Below are positions 24,541 to 36,900 of a DNA stretch of 64,000 bases, piece after piece. The notes beneath the pieces are model-generated. The model was not told where the DNA came from, ran no database searches, and saw only the letters and a list, made by a program, of their open reading frames with translations. The number at the start of each line of letters is the position of its first letter. Position 1 is the stretch's first letter. Origin of the DNA: Chiloscyllium plagiosum (lineage: Eukaryota); NCBI RefSeq assembly GCF_004010195.1, contig NC_057719.1:44396444-44460443 (forward strand), in the 5' to 3' direction. Position numbers and translations under genes: made by a program.

Positions 24541-25689
24541 TGCTTTTGGCATGAGGTTTTGAAATTAAAACTGGGGAAAGTCAAGGCATGAGTAGATTCA
24601 TGCCTTGAAGATTTTCTTGGCTTTGATTGCAACAAATACATGGAAATGTAGATCAACTGATATTAAAGCTGCATTTCTGCAGGATCAAAAGGGAAGTGTA
24701 TTTTCACCTTTAAAAAGAGTGTGGAACCATTCTGGAAGTTAATTAAATGCATATATGGCTAAATGATGCCTGTAAGGATTGGTATCTCCCTATAAGGTAC
24801 ATCTTACTAAAACTGCGCTGTCTCCAGTTGAAAGCAAATCTTGTCTTGTTTACTGGCACCATGGGGTGCAGCTTTCAGACATCTTTGTAATGCAAATAGA
24901 TGAATCTTTGCTAGTTGGAAGCAATGGATTTAAAACAGAATTCAAGTTTGAACCTCAGGCTTCTGGGACTTTTGAGTACATGTGAGTGCATCAGCAATCT
25001 TATTAGGAAAATATTAGATCTATTACACAGTTTGTTCAAGTAGGCCCTCATAAAAAAGATGCAGCAACTTCCAAAGTTGAAATGGAAAAGCTGAGAAGTT
25101 TACTTGGACACGTGAATTGGTTGGGCACCCAATAGGGGCCATACGCCTGTTTCAAAGTCTGGGATTTGAATATGACGGTGGAAGATAACATTTGGTGGGA
25201 AAAAAACACTGATAAAATTAAAATAGAGCAAAGCGTCTGGAATTTCCATCATTGGGAGATTCCACAGCATGAAACTTATTATTTTTAGTGTTGCTTCTTA
25301 TACAAAACCCTACTATGGGTTCTCAAGTGCAGGAGAGTTTATCATTTTTCTTTTGGGAATGAGAGAGGTAAAATGGCTAGGAAGCTAAAAAGATTTGAAG
25401 AGTAGTAAAAAAACTCACTTCTGTTGTGGGGCAGATATGTCATTTTTCTTGACAAACATACTGTAAGAAATTTTATAGGAGATTCAACAGCAATACCCAT
25501 TGAGTGCTATGTTGGTGATACATTACTGCAGATATTACAAAAAAAAATGTTTTAATGCCCGAATGACAATGATTGAGGATTGATACTATACTTTTAACTC
25601 AGATGCTGAAAATCTCAAAACTGAAATGAGTGGTTTTTTTTGTTACTATTGTGTGTATTGATTTAGTTTAAAGAAAAAAAACAGAGGCC

Positions 25690-26340
25690 ATAGAGAAGGC
25701 AAATGGAATGTCGGTTTTTACTTAAAAAGGTATGCAGAATAAAACTAGATATGTTTTGTTACAGCTATCCAAGGCACTAATCAGATCACAGCTGAAATAC
25801 TGTGAACAGTTTTAGGCTCTCTATCGAAGCAAAGATATACTGGCATTGGAGGCAGTCCAGGGAAGGTTCACTAGACTGATGCCAGGTGTGGAGAGACTGT
25901 CTTGAGGAGAGGTTGAGGGGTTGGGCTTGTAGTCATTAGAATTTAGAACCTGAGAGGCAAACTTATTGAAACAAAAAAGATTCTTACGGGACTTTACAAG
26001 GTAGATGTGAAGAGGTTGTTTCCCCTTGTGGCAGAGTCTAGGACCTGAGAGCATAATCTCAGAATAAGGGATCAGACATTTAAGACAGAGACAGGAGTAA
26101 TTTCTTCCCTCAGAGAGTAGCGAATCTGGGGAATTCTTCACCACAAAAGGCTGTTAAGGCTGGGTCATTAGATATATTCAAGGCTAAGATAGACAGATTT
26201 TAGGGAATCAAGTTTGTTAGGGAAAAGATAGGAAAGCTGTGTTGAGGATTGTCAGGCCAATGATGATCTAAGTGAAACTGGAGCAGACTCATTAGGCAGA
26301 GAGGCCTATTTCTGTGTCCACATCTTATGGTTTTATAGGT
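25690..26340 (+). mobile_element. CR1 LINE 3' fragment
   Basis: CAGCTGAAATACTGTGAACAGTTT (LEYCXQFW-like), GGAAGGTTCACTAGACTGAT, tail CTTATGGTTTTATAG. Confidence 0.8.
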
Positions 26341-26514
26341 GTCTGTATGATCTAGTGGGGTCTAACAAAGAACTAGGGAACAGGTAATTGTTATGTCTTA
26401 ATCAAGATAATAGGCTACCCATGGCATGTATGTAAAAATATGGAGAACATGCAATCAATAGTGTTGGGCTTTTAAATTTGTGTGAGCTCAAATAAAACTA
26501 ACTAGAAATATGTC

Positions 26515-26712
26515 CAAAGTTAAAAATCACACAACACCAGGTTATAGTCCAACAGGTTTAATTGGAAGCACACTAGCTTTCGGAGCGACGCTCCTTCATC
26601 AGGTGATTGTGGAGGACTCGATCTGCTTCCAAATTAAACCTGTTGGACTATAACCTGGTGTTGTGTGATTTTTAACTTTGTACACCCCAGTCCAACACCG
26701 GCATCTCCGAAT
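26515..26712. mobile_element. Penelope pseudo-LTR insertion with inverted arms and a hammerhead core
   Basis: 56/57-nt inverted repeat (26515-26570 vs 26624-26680); 12-bp TSD TAGAAATATGTC (26503-26514, 26713-26724). Confidence 0.88.
26571..26605 (-). ncRNA. Minimal type I hammerhead ribozyme motif
   Basis: CAC-CUGAUGA-A-GGAGC-GUC-GCUCC-GAAA-GC-UA-GUG: intact core, 5-bp helix II, palindromic AGCU helix III, 3-bp helix I. Activity untested. Confidence 0.7.
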
Positions 26713-26759
26713 TAGAAATATGTCTGCACTTTGTCTAACTAAATCTTTAATCTCTGGTG

Positions 26760-27200
26760 TCTATGCAGAACAATGCAGCCCACTTAATTGGTACTCCATG
26801 CGACACCTTCAATATTCTGTGCCCTATACTCCTAATGCACAGTGACAACAGTGTGTACCATCAACGAGACACACTGCAACAATACACCAAGATTTCCTGG
26901 GACGGCACCTCACTAATCTGTGATTTCCATCACCAGAAAGGACAGCAGCAGATACATGGGAACATTACCATGTGCAATTTCCCAAGTAAGCAAGTAACCA
27001 TCCTGATTTGGAACAAGATCACTCATTCCTTGCTGCACCAAAGCTCTAGAAATCCCTTCCTAGAAGCACTATGGTGTACCTGCACCACGTGGACTGGAGC
27101 GATTCAAAAGGCAGCTCATCAGCACCTTCTCAAGGACAAGTGGGATGTGCAATAAATGTTGATCTGGCAAGCAATATCCACATCCCATGAATGAATTAAA
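26760..27200 (+). mobile_element. Old CR1/L2-group LINE 3' end
   Basis: GCAGCCCACTTAATTGG...GCAATAAATGTTG...CACATCCCATGAATGAATTAAAA family tail. Confidence 0.7.
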
Positions 27201-30200
27201 AACAAACAATCTCAGAAACCATTAGCTCATGTTGAAACTACACTGGCTCAAATTCATGTACAGGATGAAAATGCAATATCTGAGATTCTAACCACATCCA
27301 GTCCTACTAAAAGCTTAAATTAATAATTGGAATTAAAAATGTTGACAGTTGATATATAGGAACTAGATTTAAAATTATTTGACAAATGAGCCTTCTCAAC
27401 AAAAATAATGATGCTATTATATTAGAGTCCTATTAATAAATCAGCCATATTTCTGTAGTTGTAGGTAATGATAACATCTCCAAATTATACTAACATACAT
27501 TATCTGAATTGCATATTTCAATTACCATAAACCGATTTGCTAGTCACTGTAATCCATTAATTCTGACCAGCTAAATGAGAATCTCTCAAGATAGTGAAAT
27601 ATTTAAATTAGTATCAAACAAACAAAACCTTACCTAGTTTAACATCAACCTGTATTCTCCAGCTCTGTTTACTAGACCCTTTCACTATTATTGCCAAATG
27701 CACAAGCATTGATTTGATTTTAGAAGCTAACTTTGCTGTCGAACATTTAAGCTACTGCATTAAGTACAATTATTTCAGAAATATTATTCATCTTATTTTT
27801 ACAAATATAGTGCCAGCTGCAGAGCCATAAAATTAAAGAATACCAAAAGTATTTATAAGAAACAAATACTTTATAAGAAACAAAAATACCAAATCAAAAG
27901 CTTTTTCAGTCACTATGAATATATCAATTATTTCCAGATTCAGTACAGCCAATGGATTTATAAAATTTACAATTGAAATAGAACGTCAAAGCAATGTTTG
28001 CCTCTTTTGTTAGATGGGGGTAGGGTGCAAATTATTGCTGGGGAGGTGGAAAAGAGAAAAAAAATGTAATGTTGCTTTACTTTCAATAGTTCAGTTTCAA
28101 TAAAGGGCTTCATTTAAAATGAAATAAGACGACACAGAGGATCAGATAACTGATTAGTATAAAGTTATTGTGTAAGTACTGGAATTTCAATTTATTTCCA
28201 ATTTTACAAAAAGTAGGATCATGATGTTAGGATTCTCCCTCAGCTGGTTTTGAAATCATGCAGCATTTATTTGCTATAAAGCTTGGCATGAGCCTAATGC
28301 TGCAATTCTCATTTGACGTAACCTTGAATGAAACTACAAATCTTACCATCAATTATATTTAAGAGTCACAAAGTCAACTGTAATTACCAAGTTACACACA
28401 GCAGCTGCCATTGCATTCAACATAACAATTCCAATGGTTAGCCTCATGCTTCTGCTGGAGAGATCAGAGTTGTGCATTGGCACCATGCGGAAATGTAGAT
28501 GCAGCTGACTTTACGGGAATTGCCCAGAAATTGAAATTCCCTTGGAGCAATTACACCACAGAATTCCAAACAATCATGCCAATAAAGATAGCAAAGAAGC
28601 TGCATGACAAAAAAAAATTAAGAACCTCCATCTCTCTGCTTCCCTATTAAACAAAGCATCATCATTAAAAGAACACCACATCCAAAGCTTGAGCAGTGAT
28701 GTACAGCAATCACTTATGATCCATCATATACAGCATTTTAAAAGTAACATACTGCAGCTGCAGTAGTTAATTATCAGAATCAATTCAGAATTTCACATGG
28801 CATCCATCAAGATTACTTAAAAGTCCCCATCAAGACTATTTGATAAGTGTTAAAGAGGTGTATAACTGCATAAAATTATTTTAATAAAACATGTACAAAT
28901 TTCAGACTGGAAGTCAAATTTAGCTACAAATTGTTCAATGCAAATTTAGTTGAGTAAAGAAATTGTATTGATATAGCTTCCAAGATATACCAAAGTACTG
29001 CAGCTTTGCAACTGCAGATAAACCCAGCAGTCATTTCCCATATCGCCATGATGCACAAACAGCAATGAAGTAAATAACCAGGTAAAATGTGCAAGATTAG
29101 TAACTAATATAACAATGATGATGTGCCTAGAAAAAAACGAACAAAAGAAATGCGATCTGCATATCCAGAGAATAGTTAATTAATTAAATTGTTTTATTTG
29201 AATGCTAGGCTATAGCTTTATCCATTCAATGGCTACCTTCATGAATGCTCATCTAGGAATTCATGCTGCATAACTGCAGTTTTTGTTTTGCCCAGCTGAA
29301 AGTGGCAAACAAAATACTCTGCAAAATAAATTACATCAAAATTCTTAGTTCAAACTGTTTTCAAACTGATTGCTGCAATTGATTGCACGCTAAAATACTC
29401 TTGATTAATCACAGGGTTACCATATACATGAAGTTAATTTCAAATCTGTTAGTTAAATGGCCCAAGTCACAGATCCCTTGCATTCGACACAGAAATGCCA
29501 ATGGCTAGACAGCTGTGTGTGCAGGGTAGATTTGAGTTGTACATTGGTACCATGTGGAAATGCTGATGCAACTGACTCTACGGGAATTGTCCAGAAATTG
29601 CTCTGAAATTGAAATTCCCTCGGAGCAATTACACTATGTCTGGAACCCACTGAAGTAGAGCCATTGATTTTGGAGGGTTCCAAATCTCTTAAGCTTAATA
29701 GTTATTCAAGAAAAGTTTGTGGATTACTCTAACCCTGGGCACCTGATAAACTGATCCCCTGACTTACACCAAAAGCAACAACCTTTCCCCAACCTTTGAC
29801 ACCACAGACTCCTCAAATAAATCACTCATCCGCTTACCTAGTACCATAACCCCATCACTCACCTTACATACCTTTTCACAATGGCTATGTTTATGGTAGC
29901 ATCACTGCTAGGCAGAGGATGAACACACGAGCAGAAAAGCAGTGTTGCAGTTGACGTTAACTGAAAATTAACTTAATTAATTCTTGCTTCAAATTAAATG
30001 CTGAAAATATTTAGCGATGCATCACAGCTGTTTGATTTGAAATTTGAAGCCACAAAATTTTAAACAAAGCTCTCTTTCCCTAATCTATCATATTTATGCA
30101 AGTAATAAATAACAATTGCCTCAGCTCACATGTTCCACCCAATCTGTGTAAATATCTTGAAACCCTGTTCTTTTATTTTGCTTTTGTTGCCAGCCTGCTG

Positions 30201-31094
30201 ACTATTCTGCTGTATTTTGTGGGGTTAGCTCATCATCTCAGTGTCTGTTCCTCAGATCTTGGAGCTGAAAACAATATACAGTGTAATGTTATGCTGGTGT
30301 GATGTCACAATGCAACTGCACTGTGCAGATGGATTACAGTGGGCATTTTTGCATTGGGAATGTGCACTCCATTTCACATTAACTGTCAAAGTGACTGCTG
30401 GTCACTTAAAACGAGAGAAGGCAGCACACTCAGAGCTGAAAATGAATAAGGTTTCCAGATTGAGCCAGATTGCTCCTGGCTGTGATATTTCCTTGATTGG
30501 TTTCCACTGTTTTGTAACAAGAGACCCATGTCCAGGAAATTCAATAGCAGAACCAATCAAGCTACCTATCATATTTAGACCCATCAGGCTTGGAAATGAG
30601 GTTTCCAAACCCAGTAAGAATTTCTGGGCTCTTGGATATTGAAGGAAGCTTTTTGTTGAACCTTGTAGTTTATTTTGAATATTTTACTGAATGTCTGAAA
30701 CCAAGTTTTAATTTGAATCATAATATGACCAAGCAATTTGGCCTTGCGATAAGCTAGCTACAACAAAATGGGCTGATTTTCCTCCTTTAGTGCTGAAACC
30801 ATTCTATGATATGTAAAATTTAATTTTCTACTTCTGCTGAGGATCACATTTACTTTCTAAATATGTGCTTGTACTGTTTTCATTTGATCCAAGTGGTTAA
30901 TGGAATTCCCAGAGGCTCCGTTTTAAACGAGGGTTAGGAAATGACTAATATCTCAAATCCAAAAGACTCAAATAACTAATTCCCTTAAGTGGTTTTCCTT
31001 CGTCAATATGCATTTCCTCTCTTAGGATTTTTTTAAAAAACATAACCAAATATTGCATTCCTATGTATGTACTCCAATGTTTTACTGTCCAATT

Positions 31095-31845
31095 GTCAAG
31101 ACAAAGAATACACAATTAATGGGATAATACTTAGTGGCATAGAGGAAGTGAATAACCATTGAGTGAATGCACACAGCCCCCTAAAAGTAGGAGGACAGGT
31201 TGATAAGGTGATTAGGAATGTGCATGAAATCATTTCCTTTTTCACCAAGGTATAGCATATTAGAGCAGGGTAGTTATGTTGCAACCGTATAAATCATTAC
31301 TTAAGCCAAAGCTTAAGACTTTGTGCAGTCGGATCACTTCATTTCAAAAAAGACATAATTGTATTAGAGAAGGTATGGAGGAGATTCAGGAGGACATGCC
31401 AGGATGGAAAGATGCAGATAGGAGGAAAGATTAAATAGGTTGAGTTTGTTCTTCTTGGAAGAGAGGCTGAGGAGAGGCTGATTGAAATGCAAAAAACTGG
31501 CAAGATATACACTTTGGATAGAATAGATGAGAAGCCTATTTACCACAGAGAGGGTTAGTGACTAGGAGCATAGATTTAAAGTAATTGGTTGGAGTTGAGA
31601 AAATATCTATTTTATCCAGTGGGTGACTGGGGTCTGGAACTCATTTCCTGTATGGTAATACAGGGAAAACTGCCAACTCCTTTAAAGAAGATATCTGGAT
31701 ACATACCTCAGGTGCTGTGACCTGCAGAGCTATGAACCAAATGCTGGAAAGTGTGAATGAGACGGGATGGTTCATTTCACAGCTGGTGTAGATATGATGA
31801 CCAACTGACCTACTTCTGTCCCATAAAATTTCTGTGACTCTAAGA
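31095..31845 (+). mobile_element. Old CR1 LINE 3' fragment
   Basis: Decayed RT C-terminal region (AATTGTATTAGAGAAGGTATGGAGGAGATTCA) and a CR1-like tail. Confidence 0.65.
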
Positions 31846-33239
31846 CAATGAAAAATTAGTCCCTAGTAAGAAAGTAGTCTGTTAAGTGCTGAATAAAACT
31901 ACTTTGTTCAAATAATTCTTAGTATTGCCATACTGGCAATGTATAAGGTTTACATTAACATGCTTGGGTAAAGACCCAAAGAAACAAAGATAGCAAAGAA
32001 TCATTAAACTGAAGCTTCAAAATTTTCAATGATTTTCCCTTTTGAATTAAAATACTTATTAGCTGTCAAGTGAAAATATACTCTTTTCAAATAACCTAAT
32101 GCATTAGTGTGGTAAGGGTGCCCATTTTAAACTATAGGGAGGTCGTGAAAAACTTCAGGCAATGCTCTGAGTAAAAACAAAACAAGAATATATTAACTTT
32201 AGCCTCGAATTCAGTTTCTACCTTCACATTCTTGTCAAATGTAAATGTCAAAGCCCAAAAAAATGCTCTCTCAATAGTGGTTGCTGAACTCATTAAGTCT
32301 TAGGTTAACAATTTCCATTAGGGTAGATCAATAGTGTTTGTTAGTAACTACGATTATTATCGTTTGACCTTGTGGGTATGAAGAGATAATCCAACTTTGG
32401 ACAGAGAAAGTTTGTATGCAAAGGGGTATGTGCCAAATTGCCATTCAATCACTGCCTATTCCTCCTTTAGGAATGGGTAACTGCTGGCAATTTCAACCAT
32501 GAAAAGCAAATTAAAAGCAGTATGATTTATTCATGAACTTTAGGAATGTATAATTACTTTTAATAAAATATGATTTAAATTATTAAAAATGTGGTAGTAG
32601 TTTTGCATTTAATAAAACGTTTAGGTCAATGATTACACATTTGAATTTTCATATTAATTCAATGAGCCGAAATCCATTGCAAATAAATGCAAGCACCACA
32701 CCTTCGGCTCGATGTCATTACCTTCTCAAGGTACACACCACCCTCTCAAGGGCAACTTGGGATATGGGCAATAAAGGCTGGCCCAACCAGTGATGCTCAT
32801 ATCCCATGACAGACAGTTTTAAAACAAAACATTAACTATCAGTTGCAGCCTCAACTAGTGCAGATACCAAATAAATGCCAGGGGTAATGCTGCCCCTCAA
32901 GTATAAATCTTACTACCATCAATAAAGTGCAAAGTGTTCCTCAGTCCTCAGTGACAATATTTCACTTGAATGATCTCTCTGTATCATAAGCATCAGTGGG
33001 AGCTAAACAGATAGTACATCTTGATGTGCATTTTTTGAAAATTAGTGGATGCTCCAAGATATTTCCACAATATGAAATTTTCAAAATATTGAAAGATACA
33101 GAACATCACTAATATCACCAAACATCTGTTGGCAGTTTGTTTTTTGCTATATTTTAATTAGAAACCGTATCAAAACCATTTACTAATTTGTGTTGGAATT
33201 TTTAAATAATTCATAACAAATAAAGATAATACCCTTCCA

Positions 33240-33965
33240 TTTGCCATTCCTCACATACTGAAGCTATATGCAGCAAGATCTGGACAATATCAAGGCTAAA
33301 GTTAGGGTGGCAAGTAACATTTGCATCACAAATGCCAGGCAACAACCATCTGCAACAAAAGAGAATCCAGATATCACCCCTGACATTGATTGGAATTACC
33401 ATTGCGAGAGTTACCATTGACTATAAATTGAATCAGCCATATACTGTGGCAATAAGAACAGATCAAGACTAAGAATTCTGTAGTGAGTAACTCATCTCAC
33501 TACAGAATATTGCCATTTATGAGGCACAAATCAGAAGTCTGACTCTCTGCTTGCCTAGATGGCCACAGCTCCTAAACATTCAAAAAGCTCAATACCATCC
33601 AAGTCAAAGCATCCCACTTGATTATTGTCCCAATGCCCAATCATTTCAATATTCAGTTGGCTTCACCATTGATCCATTAGGCTGCGGTGTATATTATCTC
33701 CCAAGATGTACTGTAGCAACTTACTTTGGTTCCTTTAGCAGCACCTAACAAACTTATAACTACCCAAAAGCATAAGGGATGAAGATGGATGGGACCACTA
33801 CCATCTGCATGTTCCCCTCCAAGCCACACATCATGACTTGCAACAGCAATGTAGTCCCCTCACTATTGCTGGACCAAAATCTTGCAACTTCCAGCTTAAC
33901 AGCACTGCTGGAATATTGAAAGGATAGCAGTGCTGCAACAGGGCTACTTCTCAAGGGTTATGAAG
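33240..33965 (+). mobile_element. Old CR1/L2-group LINE 3' fragment
   Basis: ATGCAGCAAGATCTGGACAATATC (MQQDLDNI), GTGGCAAGTAACATTTGC; colinear with the reverse complement of 48720-49400. Confidence 0.7.
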
Positions 33966-36900
33966 GACGACCTAGTCTGCACTACCTATCTCTCAAGCAG
34001 GAATCCAAATACCTCCACACATTCTTAACCTTAATGTTATTACAATTATGCAGCTCTTCCTTTTCCTTGCCTGGTTATGTTCTGTAACTACAAAGTTGAA
34101 AAAAGATCTTTTGTTACAAACAGTTACCATTTCACTGATGAAGTATCAGGAAAATCGGCATCCAACAACCTGCTCTAAAAATGCTGTTCAAAGTTCGACA
34201 GTTGTGATAAATTGCACAACAGCAGCTGGGGTAATCTACAATATTCAAAAACAAGTCAACCACAGTCCAAACAAAACAATTCAATCTTATTTTTAAAAAA
34301 AAACTCAATAAAAACAAATCCAGGATCTGAACAGACATCTTCATCAAAACTAATCCGTTCTTCCTTGGGTCATACCCTATCAGAGTACCATGTTTCACTG
34401 AAATCTGCCCATTAATTTTTGAGAAATTTTGTTTACATACAAACAAAGGGTAAAATCATTTACTTCACACACTTTCAATTGTGACAGTAATAAATATTTC
34501 TTGGCAGCAAACGTCACTGTGTTAAACTGGCTTAAAAAGTACGAAACTAAGATAGAGTTAATGTAACCTCCAAAGTCTCTGGTCAACTGCACAAAGTCAG
34601 CAACATTTAAGCATCTGACAAGACATCACCTGACTTACGGAGTCAGAGTTATACAACATAGAAACAGATTCTTCTCTCCAACGTGTCAGTGTCAACCAGA
34701 TACCGTATACTGACGTTATAATTATACCTACCTCCACAACATCCTCTGGCAGCTTGTTCCATACATGCACCACCCCTTGCATGAAACAGTTGCCCTTTAA
34801 ATCTTTCCCCTCTCACCTATGCCTACAATTATGTAACTGATGATAATAATCTTGCTCTTTGTTAGATGGGTGTCTCACAAGCTGTTTGCAAAGCACCAAG
34901 ACACACATGCTCACACTTAGAAGGAAGGCCTGCTGGATCTTCAGCCCATCAAATCGCCTTCCTCCCAAATGCAAACTCTTGGACTGACAATGCCTGGAGA
35001 TTCTGACCAATTAGAGGCCAGCAGCTCCAGCACTTAGCATAATCACTGAGGCAGCAAGGTTGCTACTGGTAAAGCACCCCTCAGTTGCAGAATATGGAGG
35101 AGTGACGTAGGGACAAAAAGGTAGATGTTGTTGGGAGGTCAAGTAGGGGAAATCAGAAGAAAGAGGAGGAGGTGGTTGTCAACAACCAGCCCATGCCCAT
35201 GACCTCAATCATGCAGAGATTATTGCACATTGAGGGCATCGCCACTTGACGAGCAGTGAGCACAGTTTTATCTGTGTGCAGGCCAATTGTTATTTGTCCC
35301 AACTTGTCAAGGAATTTTATTTAATATATACTCAATATTATATAAAATTGTCAATACACATGACACACTATCAGTGAACAGTCAATAAAAGAAATACAAA
35401 GAAACAGGGTCTTGAAAACAAACGTCCCAAGTCCCTCTACAACCAACAGGAAAAGCAGTACACAGAACCAACAAAATAAACCACATTGCTATCCTCCAAA
35501 TAAAAACAGTGAACTGAAAAACAGCAGATAAAAGGAACCCACATGCCAGCAGCCCCAGCCAAATTAACTGTCCCCAGAGATACACAAAACTTAATGCACA
35601 TATGGAAACACGATTCAATCACAACCTACACGACAAGGTACAGTGCAAACATGATATACACAAAAGAGTAATTGCAAACTGCGAGGGGCAGAGTCCACTC
35701 ACAAAACAAGAGCTGCCCCTGACACAGAGGCCATTCCCAGAGTCCGCCATCTGACCCAGAATCCACTTTCCAAACCAGAATCTGCCTCCAACAGCAGGTT
35801 TCGCTCCCAAGGGCAGGTACTCCTCCTATCGGCAGGGTGTACACAATGCACACGAGAGCTCAGCCTCCCCATGAGGTCTGGTCCACTCACACCGCCACAA
35901 TCTGTTCCTGGAGGCCCAGCCCCATATAATGAACCAGCCTACTCAATAAAGTCGGGCCCACCAAGAAGTTCAGTCTATGCACTGGAATCAAGGCATGGCA
36001 GATAAGAAGTTCGGTCCAAACAGCTAACTGTGGACAAAGAATAAGTTCCACTACCAAACCTTGTCAAGGTATATTGCAGTCAGATGGCAATTGGCAATAG
36101 ACATTAATTGACCACTTATCGGTTTTAAGTGGAGATGGAGCTGGAAGGTGGCCCACGCCCTTTCCCACTCAGAACGTATTTGGGTGGAGGAATAAAGGCA
36201 TCAGGTATTGGAATGACATCCACCTAGTTTTACAGGACTCTTGGCTCATCCCTCATCTACAGGCACATTGTGGATCAATAGATTCTACACAGCAGGGGAG
36301 CTGTCAGTGGTTCTGATTTAATAGTTTGCACTATTTAGTCAATCAAGGCAAATTAAATCAGACTTTTATAAAAATTATAAACACATTATTATTAAAATTT
36401 TTGGTTTTCACATTTATTTTCTTAAGTGATTTAAACAATTGTTTGAAAATAATACATGAAATCAAATAGAGAGGGAACATGACATCACCTCAAGATGACC
36501 TCTTTTTGACCTATTTTTGCTTTTTCCACAATAGAGTAATTAAGTACGTCAATTTTACAAGCAACTGACATCAGTTGACTATGATTGCCCTTCTATTTTA
36601 AACACGAAAATTAAATCAACACTTAAAAGCAAATTTTGTGTTAATCAGCAAACTGACAGAGCTCTGTGCTGAAGTAAGCTGCCCACAAAAGACAGCAAGT
36701 TTTGTGACCTAGATTTCACATTTTTTGGCATTAATTTAATGTGTATGTCAGTTTGTGAAGACATCCGGCATCAGGCAACAATGATGCATTCAAGAAAAGA
36801 AGGCAATCACAATGATGATTTCTCAGACAGCAAATCAGGAATTAACAAAAAGTTTATTCATGTGTGCCTTAACAGAAAAGTTAAAATAAATGTCAGGACA

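Larger units (their letters stand above)
15640..26514 (+). mobile_element. Decayed Ty1/Copia retrotransposon, GalEa-like, split by nested insertions
   Basis: Motifs in gag-PR-INT-RT-RH order: gag GLDKLLTFMDEIYQK...VWSHFDKFK (~16130); PR FNCAVLVSGC (~16980); INT C-terminus AVHAKNLLQM and HLNALHTGRKAF (17220-17400); RT KEL..*REFQVY, KARL/LA*GFE, IFLALIATNTWKCRSTDIKAAFLQ, KCIYG/LNDA..WY, MQIDES (23650-24910); RNase H KLIIFSVASY...SSAGEFIIFL (~25270). Confidence 0.82.

Noticed and set aside
35330-36080. Cluster of minus-strand ORFs in CA-rich sequence
   Set aside because: Low-complexity translations; possibly the 3' end of a retroelement, but no motif I could assign.
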